Assembly (NCBI GenBank): GCA_035529475.1
Contig: DATKWR010000836.1
Span: forward strand, 1 to 61,999
Direction: 5' to 3'
DNA length: 61,999 bases
From: Sedimentisphaerales bacterium
GTDB taxonomy: Bacteria > Planctomycetota > Phycisphaerae > Sedimentisphaerales > Anaerobacaceae
Shown: positions 1-7,075 of the stretch, one piece after another
Layout: each line of letters starts with the position of its first letter
How positions within the stretch are numbered: position 1 is the stretch's first letter
Notes under the pieces: model-generated
What the model was told of the DNA's origin: nothing
Database searches by the model: none
The model's input: the letters and a program-made list of their open reading frames with translations, nothing else
Translations under genes and position numbers: made by a program

Positions 1-208
1 TGATGGCAGACGATATCAGGGGGGGGGCGTGGTCTGCCCGCACGAATACATGGAGGCCATATTGTCCGGCAGGGCGCCGGAGCCGGGCATAGCCGAAATC
101 ACAATCAAGACCTCATGGTGGCGCAGGTTGTTGGGCAGACAGATTGTAGTACGTCACGTATCGGATCGACTATTCAAGGAGCAAGGGGGAGATGATGGCA
201 GAACTTAG
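1..208 (+). CDS. 3' part of a junction-spanning hypothetical ORF, about 73 aa if it starts at ATG 61974
   Basis: The frame read as codons 2-4, 5-7 and so on is open to TAG 206-208 and gives ..GGGVVCPHEYMEAILSGRAPEPGIAEITIKTSWWRRLLGRQIVVRHVSDRLFKEQGGDDGRT. It continues upstream across the junction to ATG 61974. It is absent from the ORF track because linearisation splits it. Confidence 0.4.
   Translation, partial: DGRRYQGGGVVCPHEYMEAILSGRAPEPGIAEITIKTSWWRRLLGRQIVVRHVSDRLFKEQGGDDGRT
19..27. repeat. G9 homopolymer tract
   Basis: Nine consecutive G read directly. It lies where two overlapping reading frames cross the junction. Confidence 0.9.
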
Positions 209-551
209 GGCTTTTGTGAAGGATTGGGGCGATATGAAATTGCCTCAAGAGGCTAAAGAACTAGAGAGGATAGGCTGGCAATTGGTAGCGGGCGATTGTC
301 TAACAGGAGACGATCAACGCCCATATGTGGTCTGGATTCTCCGCCAGCCCCCACTAATCAGGGACGGCGACGGAATGATCTCTATCCGGTTGGTTAGGCA
401 CTATCGAACCCAAGGTAAGCTCTATTATCCGGGAGATACCGTTAAGATCAACCCGAAGATCGCCACGGAACTTGTAACGCAGGGGTTCGGGATCATCGCC
501 GAAGTAGAGGCGGATACAAAAGGGCATGCAGACAGGATGGGCGTGCTCTAG
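192..551 (+). CDS. hypothetical protein, paralog family A
   Basis: 119 aa with SD GGGGGAG before ATGATG. The LRAF..W..EAKELE..GWQLVAGDCL..YVVWILRQP motif is shared with the ORFs at 45793 and 61344. The C-terminal LVRHYR..KLYYPGD..GFGI module is shared with the N-terminus of the 14268 ORF. Confidence 0.7.
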   Translation: MMAELRAFVKDWGDMKLPQEAKELERIGWQLVAGDCLTGDDQRPYVVWILRQPPLIRDGDGMISIRLVRHYRTQGKLYYPGDTVKINPKIATELVTQGFGIIAEVEADTKGHADRMGVL

Positions 552-568
552 GCAAGCGCCAGGGGGAG

Positions 569-781
569 ATGAACGTGAATAAGGCGAAGGCCATTAACGA
601 TCTGGTGGTCGACGCGAGCGCCGCCATCCTGTTAGGCGAACTGGAGCCGTTCGTAGAACGCATGGACATGGTTGACGCCGCCCTGGTGGCCGAGGAAATC
701 CAACGCATGTCCAGGACATTGCCAACACTGATCGCTATCTGCGAGGCGCTGAATACAAGATTGAATGGTGAGCCGGAATAA
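569..781 (+). CDS. hypothetical protein
   Basis: 70 aa with SD GGGGGAG upstream. It is tightly packed with its neighbours. Confidence 0.55.
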   Translation: MNVNKAKAINDLVVDASAAILLGELEPFVERMDMVDAALVAEEIQRMSRTLPTLIAICEALNTRLNGEPE

Positions 782-788
782 GGAGGAC

Positions 789-1022
789 ATGATGAATGAC
801 AGAATTGCACTCTATTTAGGGAAGTTGAAACTAGCCCAAATGCGAGCAAGGGACGCGAGACGGGCAGTCAAATGCGCCACGAAGCAGCTTGAGCAGACAA
901 AAGAACGACGTATGGAATACGTAGATGCGGAACAACTTGCGTGGCGGGACCTAGACTGGGCACTTCAGGAAAGGGATGGTGTTCCGGAGGATGAAAGAAG
1001 GTCGCGCATTTGCATAGAATGA
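789..1022 (+). CDS. hypothetical protein, charged and helical
   Basis: The track ORF 765..1022 is trimmed to ATGATG at 789, which follows AAGGAGG at 780-786. Confidence 0.6.
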   Translation: MMNDRIALYLGKLKLAQMRARDARRAVKCATKQLEQTKERRMEYVDAEQLAWRDLDWALQERDGVPEDERRSRICIE

Positions 1023-1032
1023 GGAGGAGGAA

Positions 1033-1386
1033 ATGGATGCACTATTGGAAGTACCCGAAGGCAAACTCCGGGAACTAATCACGCTCATCGAGGACGCCAA
1101 GAGCGCGAATCGTGAATATGACCGGTTTGCGGAGTCGGCGGAGGAGGCCGCAGAAGCCTCTCGCGACGCGTGCCAAAAGGTGCGGGATTGGGTAGAGGAG
1201 AACGGCTGGCCGGAACTGGGGCAGAGAACGGAACCAATAAACGTCAGTCTTACCAAGGAAGAGCTATGGACGATACTTCATGCCCTAGACAAGCGCTCCG
1301 TACATGAGAGTCAAGGCTCCATGGTTCACGCGTTGTATGGGCGGTTCCTGGAATTGGTTCCCGGATATGAATGTGGCCGGAAGTAA
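1033..1386 (+). CDS. hypothetical protein
   Basis: 117 aa, preceded by GAGGAGGAGGAA. Confidence 0.65.
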   Translation: MDALLEVPEGKLRELITLIEDAKSANREYDRFAESAEEAAEASRDACQKVRDWVEENGWPELGQRTEPINVSLTKEELWTILHALDKRSVHESQGSMVHALYGRFLELVPGYECGRK

Positions 1387-1406
1387 GGCGCTAGAATAGG
1401 GAGGAG

Positions 1407-1721
1407 ATGATGTCAGTACAATGGTCTGAGGCACTGCAGGCCTGTTTGGATCAGGCACAAGCGGCACAGCGGGCATGTGAGTTTGCGGCCAAGGGATTGT
1501 CCGAGGCAGAGCAGGGGTTGTCTATGGCACAAGTCCGCTGTAATGAAGCGAGGGCTGGCGTAAGGGCGGCTTGGGTCAAGATGCGTATGGCACTGGGGGA
1601 GGCCTATCCGCCGGGATTGTGGGAGGACACGTACGAGCCACAGTATGACAGGACATACGAATCCATCCGCAACGAGTTGATCAAGGAGGGATTGCTAGAA
1701 CCTAGCGTCGCGAAGGAATAG
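1407..1721 (+). CDS. hypothetical protein
   Basis: 104 aa with SD GGGAGGAG before ATGATG. Confidence 0.65.
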   Translation: MMSVQWSEALQACLDQAQAAQRACEFAAKGLSEAEQGLSMAQVRCNEARAGVRAAWVKMRMALGEAYPPGLWEDTYEPQYDRTYESIRNELIKEGLLEPSVAKE

Positions 1722-1726
1722 GGAGG

Positions 1727-2098
1727 ATGAGAATAATGCCATGTGAAACAGAGCTACAAATGGAACAGAGAATTATCACGGCGGCCAACAGATGCGCTAA
1801 GTACATGCTCGTTTACTGCAACGGTGAGGACGAGACTAGCGATTGTCGCGCCGCCCTAGTGCCAGAACAGCCGAATGATGAGGCGATTGGGTGGATGGAC
1901 GGCTATGCCTGGTCCAAGAAAGGGCGGCTATTGTGCGGTGACGCCGGGGGCAACTTGCTGATAGTGCGCAGGCACGGCGTAATGCGCTGGTGCTGGGAGG
2001 ATGGCCATGAGGCTGTGAAAGATGGTCGCGCAGAGGAGTGGCTACGAACGGGGGAGTTGATGCAAGAACAGTGGCCGGAATATAGTGCCGCGCTATGA
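1727..2098 (+). CDS. hypothetical protein
   Basis: 123 aa with SD GGGAGG upstream. Confidence 0.6.
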   Translation: MRIMPCETELQMEQRIITAANRCAKYMLVYCNGEDETSDCRAALVPEQPNDEAIGWMDGYAWSKKGRLLCGDAGGNLLIVRRHGVMRWCWEDGHEAVKDGRAEEWLRTGELMQEQWPEYSAAL

Positions 2099-2295
2099 CA
2101 AGGACAATAGTCGTGTGTGCTGTGTGTGGGCATTGTAAGCATTGGTCTCGATGGGGGCCTCCACTTAGATCGGGTGCAGTGTGGGGCGTGTGTTACAAGG
2201 ACGGATATGATCAAGGAACAAACACGCGCCCTGAGAACTATTGTGTGGGCTATACAGAATGGCTGACACCAGAACCAAGCGCCGTGCCAGAGTAA
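2095..2295 (+). CDS. small Cys-rich hypothetical protein
   Basis: 66 aa with an ATGA overlap onto the upstream stop. It contains CAVCGHC, a possible zinc-binding motif. Confidence 0.55.
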   Translation: MTRTIVVCAVCGHCKHWSRWGPPLRSGAVWGVCYKDGYDQGTNTRPENYCVGYTEWLTPEPSAVPE

Positions 2296-2302
2296 GGAGG
2301 AC

Positions 2303-2563
2303 ATGATGTATACCAATAGGCTTGTGGTCCATGACGCATCCGAGACGCTTGCTATGTGGGCAAGACGCGTTGAGCAGATAGAGGCAGCCTTGGCAGCTGT
2401 GCGTAAGGATTATGAGATTCTCCGCGGCGCGCTTGACAAGGTGCCCATGGGGAGTGAGTTGGTGGGCGTGCAACGCAACTGGAAGACAGGCACATATGCG
2501 ATCTCGTATCGGGAAGGGCCAGAACCGAGCGCCGCGTCTGCCAGGGGCGATGTTCTTGGTTGA
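2303..2563 (+). CDS. hypothetical protein
   Basis: 86 aa, with AAGGAGGAC before ATGATG. Confidence 0.6.
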   Translation: MMYTNRLVVHDASETLAMWARRVEQIEAALAAVRKDYEILRGALDKVPMGSELVGVQRNWKTGTYAISYREGPEPSAASARGDVLG

Positions 2564-2901
2564 ATCCAAGGGAAGCAAGTGGTGACATAATGGCAGAGGG
2601 GTGGGGTGGCAAGCGGCCTGGTTCGGGGAGGAAGCCAGGGCGAAGTCGAATTACGAAGCTGATCGAAGCAAAGTCAATGGATGAGTGTGCCGATGATGTG
2701 CGCTACGCGATCGGCCTGTTGATCACGTTCATGCGAGACGAAGATAACGACAAGCGCACAAGGATAGACTGCGCCAAAGAACTCATGGATAGGGTGCTTG
2801 GCAAGGCCACGCAGCACACAAGCACGGACGGCGTGGCTGAGTTGCACGTAACCGTCACCGGCGGCATCAACGCGGTGGACGAGGAGCCGGCTGCTGAGTA
2901 G
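2560..2901 (+). CDS. terS: putative small terminase subunit / DNA-binding protein
   Basis: 113 aa. WGGKRPGSGRKPG and IDCAKELMDRVLGK resemble N-terminal motifs of many phage TerS-like proteins. It lies 2 kb upstream of TerL. An alternative start is ATG 2590. Confidence 0.4.
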   Translation: MNPREASGDIMAEGWGGKRPGSGRKPGRSRITKLIEAKSMDECADDVRYAIGLLITFMRDEDNDKRTRIDCAKELMDRVLGKATQHTSTDGVAELHVTVTGGINAVDEEPAAE

Positions 2902-2906
2902 CGTGA

Positions 2907-3002
2907 TTATCTTAGGTAAAATCTGTGCCCTAGAGTGCCCTGTGGCGCGGTTATCATAGGAGTTTAGGGTCAAACTCATAGGATAATACATATTATCTGA
3001 GG
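2907..3002. promoter_or_regulatory. cluster of TTATCnTAGG-type motifs with an imperfect inverted repeat, a candidate protein-binding site (pac/cos or operator)
   Basis: TTATCTTAGG at 2907, TTATCATAGG at 2951, the inverted copy CATAGGATAA at 2977, and TTATCTGAGG at 2993. GTGCCC occurs twice at 2925 and 2935. Confidence 0.35.
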
Positions 3003-3016
3003 AAAAGGGAGGAGAC

Positions 3017-3130
3017 ATGAATGAGGACATATTGATCGGCGTGTTTTTCTTGGTAGGTATGATAGTGGGTGGACTTGTATCGCTAACCGGCGTGGTTGTC
3101 GGTATCGCCCTTTGGTGCGCCGCACACTAA
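3017..3130 (+). CDS. small hydrophobic protein (37 aa), below the track length cutoff
   Basis: AAAGGGAGGAGAC precedes the ATG. It translates to MNEDILIGVFFLVGMIVGGLVSLTGVVVGIALWCAAH, a single TM helix. Confidence 0.45.
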   Translation: MNEDILIGVFFLVGMIVGGLVSLTGVVVGIALWCAAH

Positions 3131-3229
3131 GGCTACCACCCTATCGGAATCCCGGGGGAAGGGGCAAAGGGGCATCTTGGTGGTCTGACAGCTGGGTGCA
3201 TTTCTAGGTACTTGTCATAAGGAGGATGT

Positions 3230-3565
3230 ATGGCAACGATAAGGGAGTGGCTATTGGAAGCAGGTTTTGCTTTTAAGGAAGGCCGTATCATATGGCAGCC
3301 AGTTAGTGCCGAAGCCTATTCTCCTGGCTGGTGTGGAACGAACGGCATCATGGATGGCCAAGAGGTTGGTTGGGATCACGACATTCTCGACCACGAATTC
3401 GATAGCGGCTTTGGTGCTCCCGAATGTCCCCGATTCATCGCCGAAGACGATACGACCATGTATTTTCCGCGTCAATATGATGGCGCAACCAAGCTCGTTT
3501 GCGTGCGAAAAGATATAGCCTATTATCTCAATCATGAACATCCAACGCCATATCCAGGCGGATGA
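3230..3565 (+). CDS. hypothetical protein
   Basis: 111 aa with AAGGAGGATGT before the ATG. Confidence 0.65.
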   Translation: MATIREWLLEAGFAFKEGRIIWQPVSAEAYSPGWCGTNGIMDGQEVGWDHDILDHEFDSGFGAPECPRFIAEDDTTMYFPRQYDGATKLVCVRKDIAYYLNHEHPTPYPGG

Positions 3566-3707
3566 CGGTCTCCCGACCTGGTTCTGGATATTGATGGCCG
3601 GACCGCTGCTTCCCCTCTACATGGGCGTCAAGCTAGCCGAGGCCATTCTCATGACCATTGAGGATTTGAGGCGCCACAAGAAATAGTCTTTGACATAAGG
3701 AGGAGTC

Positions 3708-4022
3708 ATGCAGCTAACCATTGAGGCAACCGGGCGGCACGCAGGCGAACACGCGGCAAGAATCGCCCAAGAGTTTCGGAACAGCGGCCTGGATGCGTGG
3801 CAGCTTGCACGCAAACTATACAGAATGGGCACGGGCGGCGGATGGAAGATATCGCGGGAATCCAAGCGCGATCTGGAGCGGGCAAAGAAGTTGTCATATG
3901 GCGTCATCTTTTGGGTACTTGTACTGGAGCTGCTCTGCGCGGAGAAGCGGGGCGAAAACGGCTCGACGGTTACGGGGGCGCAGCTTTTGGACCTATTGCA
4001 GGACAGATATCTGGGAAAATAG
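3708..4022 (+). CDS. hypothetical protein
   Basis: 104 aa with AAGGAGGAGTC before the ATG. The overlapping alternative-frame ORFs at 3721 and 3797 are rejected. Confidence 0.6.
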   Translation: MQLTIEATGRHAGEHAARIAQEFRNSGLDAWQLARKLYRMGTGGGWKISRESKRDLERAKKLSYGVIFWVLVLELLCAEKRGENGSTVTGAQLLDLLQDRYLGK

Positions 4023-4039
4023 CCATATAAGGAGGAACA

Positions 4040-4396
4040 ATGTCATTCAAATTGGAAATCGGGAAGAGGAAAGGCAAAGATCCCTGGTTTGGGTTCAGCA
4101 TTGAGAGGCCATTACCCACCCTGACGATTCCAATAGAAGTAGAACGGGATTGCCGAGACAACCGCCAAGATACACTGGAAGACCGCACACATTCTGATGC
4201 TTTCGTCAATTGTCATGAGGGACCTGTTACAATGGAGCGGCTACGGGAGGCGTACGCGGCGGTTTACACACATACTCCGCACGGCTCATTTAGTATTGAG
4301 ACAATCTCGCCGCGGGCGATAGAGACGCTTTTGTCCGGCGGCTTCATATTGGGGGACGAGGACGGCATTCCGACGTTCTATGTTTTGGGCGGGTGA
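4040..4396 (+). CDS. hypothetical protein
   Basis: 118 aa with AAGGAGGAACA before the ATG. Confidence 0.65.
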   Translation: MSFKLEIGKRKGKDPWFGFSIERPLPTLTIPIEVERDCRDNRQDTLEDRTHSDAFVNCHEGPVTMERLREAYAAVYTHTPHGSFSIETISPRAIETLLSGGFILGDEDGIPTFYVLGG

Positions 4397-4429
4397 GAGC
4401 CAAAGGGGCCATTAACACAAGGAGGAGAC

Positions 4430-4696
4430 ATGATTCATCGCTATGAGTATCAAACACTGAAATGGGGCGAACCGCATGTCGCATACAGCCAAGAGGACGT
4501 GCTTGAGGATCTCCGCAACCTAGGTCAGAAAGGGTGGGAACTGGTTTCAATTCAGACCAGCAGGGATCAGTGTAGTGGGGTCTGGGATGACTACGAGACC
4601 TGCAGGGCCTGGCTTAAGCGCGAGATAGACGATGAGGTGGGTGCCTATGCTAGGTATTGCCGACGCGAGGCATTAGCGGCAGTGACAAGACCATGA
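4430..4696 (+). CDS. DUF4177-like small protein
   Basis: 88 aa. YEYQTL..L..LGQKGWELVSI resembles the DUF4177 pattern. A paralog lies at 24039. Confidence 0.55.
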   Translation: MIHRYEYQTLKWGEPHVAYSQEDVLEDLRNLGQKGWELVSIQTSRDQCSGVWDDYETCRAWLKREIDDEVGAYARYCRREALAAVTRP

Positions 4697-5022
4697 ACCG
4701 CTGCGAGTTCATCAGGGGCATACTTCTGGCGCTGCCCGCAGTCGCTATGGCGAAGTTGCCCAAGTGGACGGCGAGGGAGGATTTTGGCCTTGGGCCGGAG
4801 ACATACGTCCATCTAACCTACCAAGACCCACTCGGGGATGAACAAGACTTCATTCGTATTTGTCGCAAGATTAGCGAACAGATGAAGCCGAGTCTTGAGG
4901 CGCTTAGAATGCTGGCCGATTATGACGAATATAAAGTTCTAAACGGCATCATTGACGTGTCCAATATGCAGATAGATTTGTCGGTTCCCGAGGCGCAATG
5001 GTGGAGTGACGAGGAACCATAG
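4693..5022 (+). CDS. hypothetical protein with a signal-peptide-like N-terminus
   Basis: The track ORF 4657 is trimmed to ATG 4693, which has an ATGA overlap. The N-terminus reads MNRCEFIRGILLALPAVAMAK. Confidence 0.5.
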   Translation: MNRCEFIRGILLALPAVAMAKLPKWTAREDFGLGPETYVHLTYQDPLGDEQDFIRICRKISEQMKPSLEALRMLADYDEYKVLNGIIDVSNMQIDLSVPEAQWWSDEEP

Positions 5023-6261
5023 ATGACCAAAGTTGCCCTCAAACTGCCCGACATGCACAGGGGCCAGGCCACCATCGCCAGGAATCCGGCGCGGTTCAAG
5101 TGGCTTTGCGCTGGCAGAAGATGGCGCAAGACCACGCTCGGCTGGGAGATGGCATTCGACGCGGCCATCACGGGAAAACGGATATTGTACGGCGCGCCGA
5201 CATACAAGCAGTGCAAGATACCGTGGGACGAGCTTTGGAGGTGCTGCGGAAGGTTCGGCAAGGGGAATATCAGCAACATGGAGGCGACATTCCCCGGTGG
5301 CGGAAGGATCACGTTCATTTCCCTGGACGACCCCAAGAATGCGCGAGGGCTATCCGCGGACGGGGTGATATTGGACGAGGCCCCCTACATCCAGGAGAGA
5401 GCGTGGGACGGCGTACTGAGGCCCATGCTCGGGGACACTATGGGCTGGGCACTGCTGATGGGCACGCCGAACGGCCACAACTGGTTCTGGCGCAAGTGGA
5501 TGGCGGCCAAGGACAGGAACGACTCCGAGTCCTGGCAGGTGCCGACACTGGGCGTAAAAGTAACAGACAAAGGTTTGGTCCGTGAGCCGCACCCATTGGA
5601 GAATCCGAACTTCGCATTTTCTGAGGCCGTAGACTATTATGAGGGCAGGCCCGAACAGACCTTCAGGGAGGAGTTCCTGGCCGAATTCACCCAGGACTCC
5701 GGGACCGTCTTCCGGAACATCGAGGAGGTCAGCAAGCTCAGGCCGGGAGTTCCCCAACTGGGTCACACCTACGTCATGGGGGTGGACTGGGGGAAGGTCA
5801 ACGACTTCACCGTCATATCGGTGGCCGACGCGACGGACAAGAAGCAGGTCGCCGTGGATCGGTTCAACCAGATAGACTACCGGTTCCAGCGGGGCAGGCT
5901 GGGGGTGATGAGGGACCGGTGGGGGCCGGAACTCATCGTCGTCGAGATCAACTCGATGGGGGACCCGATATACGAGCGCCTTCTGGCGGACGGCCTGCCG
6001 GTCTGGGCGTTCAATACGCAGACGAAGAGCAAGAAGGAGGCAATCGAGGCCCTGTCGTTGGCGCTGGAGCGCGGGAACTTTCCATTGCTGGACGACCCGA
6101 CGCAGAAGGCGGAATTGATAGCCTACGAGGTCAAGCGCAGCAGGGAGACCGGGATCACGCGCTACATGGCGCCCGAGGGGATGCACGACGACACGGTGAT
6201 GGCCCTGGCGCTGGCCTGGCATGCAGTGGGCCAGACGGGACCCTGGGTGATAGCATTATGA
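5023..6261 (+). CDS. terL: terminase large subunit
   Basis: 412 aa with a Walker A-like CAGRRWRKTT and Walker B ILDEAPY. The nuclease half has VMGVDWGKVNDFTVISV and MHDDTVMALALAW, typical of TerL. Confidence 0.9.
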   Translation: MTKVALKLPDMHRGQATIARNPARFKWLCAGRRWRKTTLGWEMAFDAAITGKRILYGAPTYKQCKIPWDELWRCCGRFGKGNISNMEATFPGGGRITFISLDDPKNARGLSADGVILDEAPYIQERAWDGVLRPMLGDTMGWALLMGTPNGHNWFWRKWMAAKDRNDSESWQVPTLGVKVTDKGLVREPHPLENPNFAFSEAVDYYEGRPEQTFREEFLAEFTQDSGTVFRNIEEVSKLRPGVPQLGHTYVMGVDWGKVNDFTVISVADATDKKQVAVDRFNQIDYRFQRGRLGVMRDRWGPELIVVEINSMGDPIYERLLADGLPVWAFNTQTKSKKEAIEALSLALERGNFPLLDDPTQKAELIAYEVKRSRETGITRYMAPEGMHDDTVMALALAWHAVGQTGPWVIAL

Positions 6262-6659
6262 CCTGGATAAAAGGCTGCCCTAAGCGTGACGGGGGTTATC
6301 TCGTTGCCAATGCACGTGGCGACATAAAGGTGGACCATTTGGATGATGGGCGATGGGAAGACTGGGAATTCGACGCCACACATTATATGAAACGCTCTGA
6401 TTGGCCCACGGGCTTGCCCGATCCGCCGCCACCGCCAGCGGAGCCAAAACCCCCAGAGACCGGATGGGTTTCGTCTTCTGAACGCCTGCCGACGGAATGG
6501 GGCGAACATTGGGTGCGCTGCGAAAGCGGGGCTGTCACCAGGATGGACTTCTGCCTCATGACGGGCAAGTGGGAATTGGACAATCCCGGCAGCGGCCCGC
6601 CGCACTATGAATATGAAGGCACGGTTGTGGCCTGGGCCAAATATGAAGGAGGACTATGA
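6258..6659 (+). CDS. hypothetical protein with a DUF551-like C-terminal part
   Basis: The start is at an ATGA overlap with the terL stop. There is a proline-rich linker, then GWVSSSERLPTEWGEHWV, which resembles DUF551. Confidence 0.55.
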   Translation: MTWIKGCPKRDGGYLVANARGDIKVDHLDDGRWEDWEFDATHYMKRSDWPTGLPDPPPPPAEPKPPETGWVSSSERLPTEWGEHWVRCESGAVTRMDFCLMTGKWELDNPGSGPPHYEYEGTVVAWAKYEGGL

Positions 6660-7012
6660 GTAAGGATCAACAGGACGATCCCCTTCCAAAGACATTGCTG
6701 GGATTGCCCATTGAATGGACTGATGAGTCCGTTAGTGATCAACCCATTATTCTTGCCCCCTTTGAGACCTATAAGGAGGGTGGTGGCGTGACAGACGACT
6801 TTCCAGCACCACGAATCTCAACAGATGGTCAATATGTACTTGACATGATCTATAACCCTTTTCTGGGCCATCCCCAGGGCCATTGGTCTGTCTACCTGAT
6901 TCATGCAGCAAATCGCAAACATGCCAAGATAGTCTCCTGGGATGAGGCAGTTGAAATGGGCCTATTCTCTCCAGGTGAGGATCCGGAAACGGTTGATGTG
7001 TGGCGTGGATAG
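6656..7012 (+). CDS. hypothetical protein, paralog family B
   Basis: 118 aa. The C-terminal VSWDEAVEMGLFSPGEDPE motif is shared with the 20141 ORF. Confidence 0.6.
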   Translation: MSKDQQDDPLPKTLLGLPIEWTDESVSDQPIILAPFETYKEGGGVTDDFPAPRISTDGQYVLDMIYNPFLGHPQGHWSVYLIHAANRKHAKIVSWDEAVEMGLFSPGEDPETVDVWRG

Positions 7013-7075
7013 ATAGCATTATGAACGAGACTGGCGCGTAAAGAGGAACGCGGCAGTTCTCGATAGCGAGGCCGG

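Noticed and set aside
2560-2901. A confident small terminase assignment.
   Set aside because: The call rests only on the GGKRPG.GRKP-type N-terminal motif and gene neighbourhood. The gene lies 2 kb from terL with six ORFs in between. It is kept as a low-confidence call rather than a firm annotation.
5100-5585. Alternative-frame + strand ORFs inside genes. Examples are 5033..5368, 5100..5585, 3721..4104, 3797..4030, 16109..16606, 16753..17304, 37091..37540, 39343..39822, 53475..53666 and the upstream extension of 5919.
   Set aside because: They overlap well-supported genes (terL, GT4 paralogs, fibre, metallophosphoesterase) in another frame. They have Arg/Gly-rich composition and no SD. Only the 3' parts that begin at SD-coupled starts were kept, for example 6258 and 53667.
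5350-6222. Long minus-strand ORFs throughout the window, for example 5350..6222, 7277..8152, 10054..10866, 14028..14717, 15008..15799, 17608..18468, 24166..25074, 32856..33743 and 57638..58240.
   Set aside because: Each lies antisense to a + strand gene that has recognisable motifs or strong SD-coupled organisation. Their translations are Arg/Pro/Gly-rich low-complexity sequence typical of shadow ORFs in GC-rich coding DNA, and none has a convincing SD.
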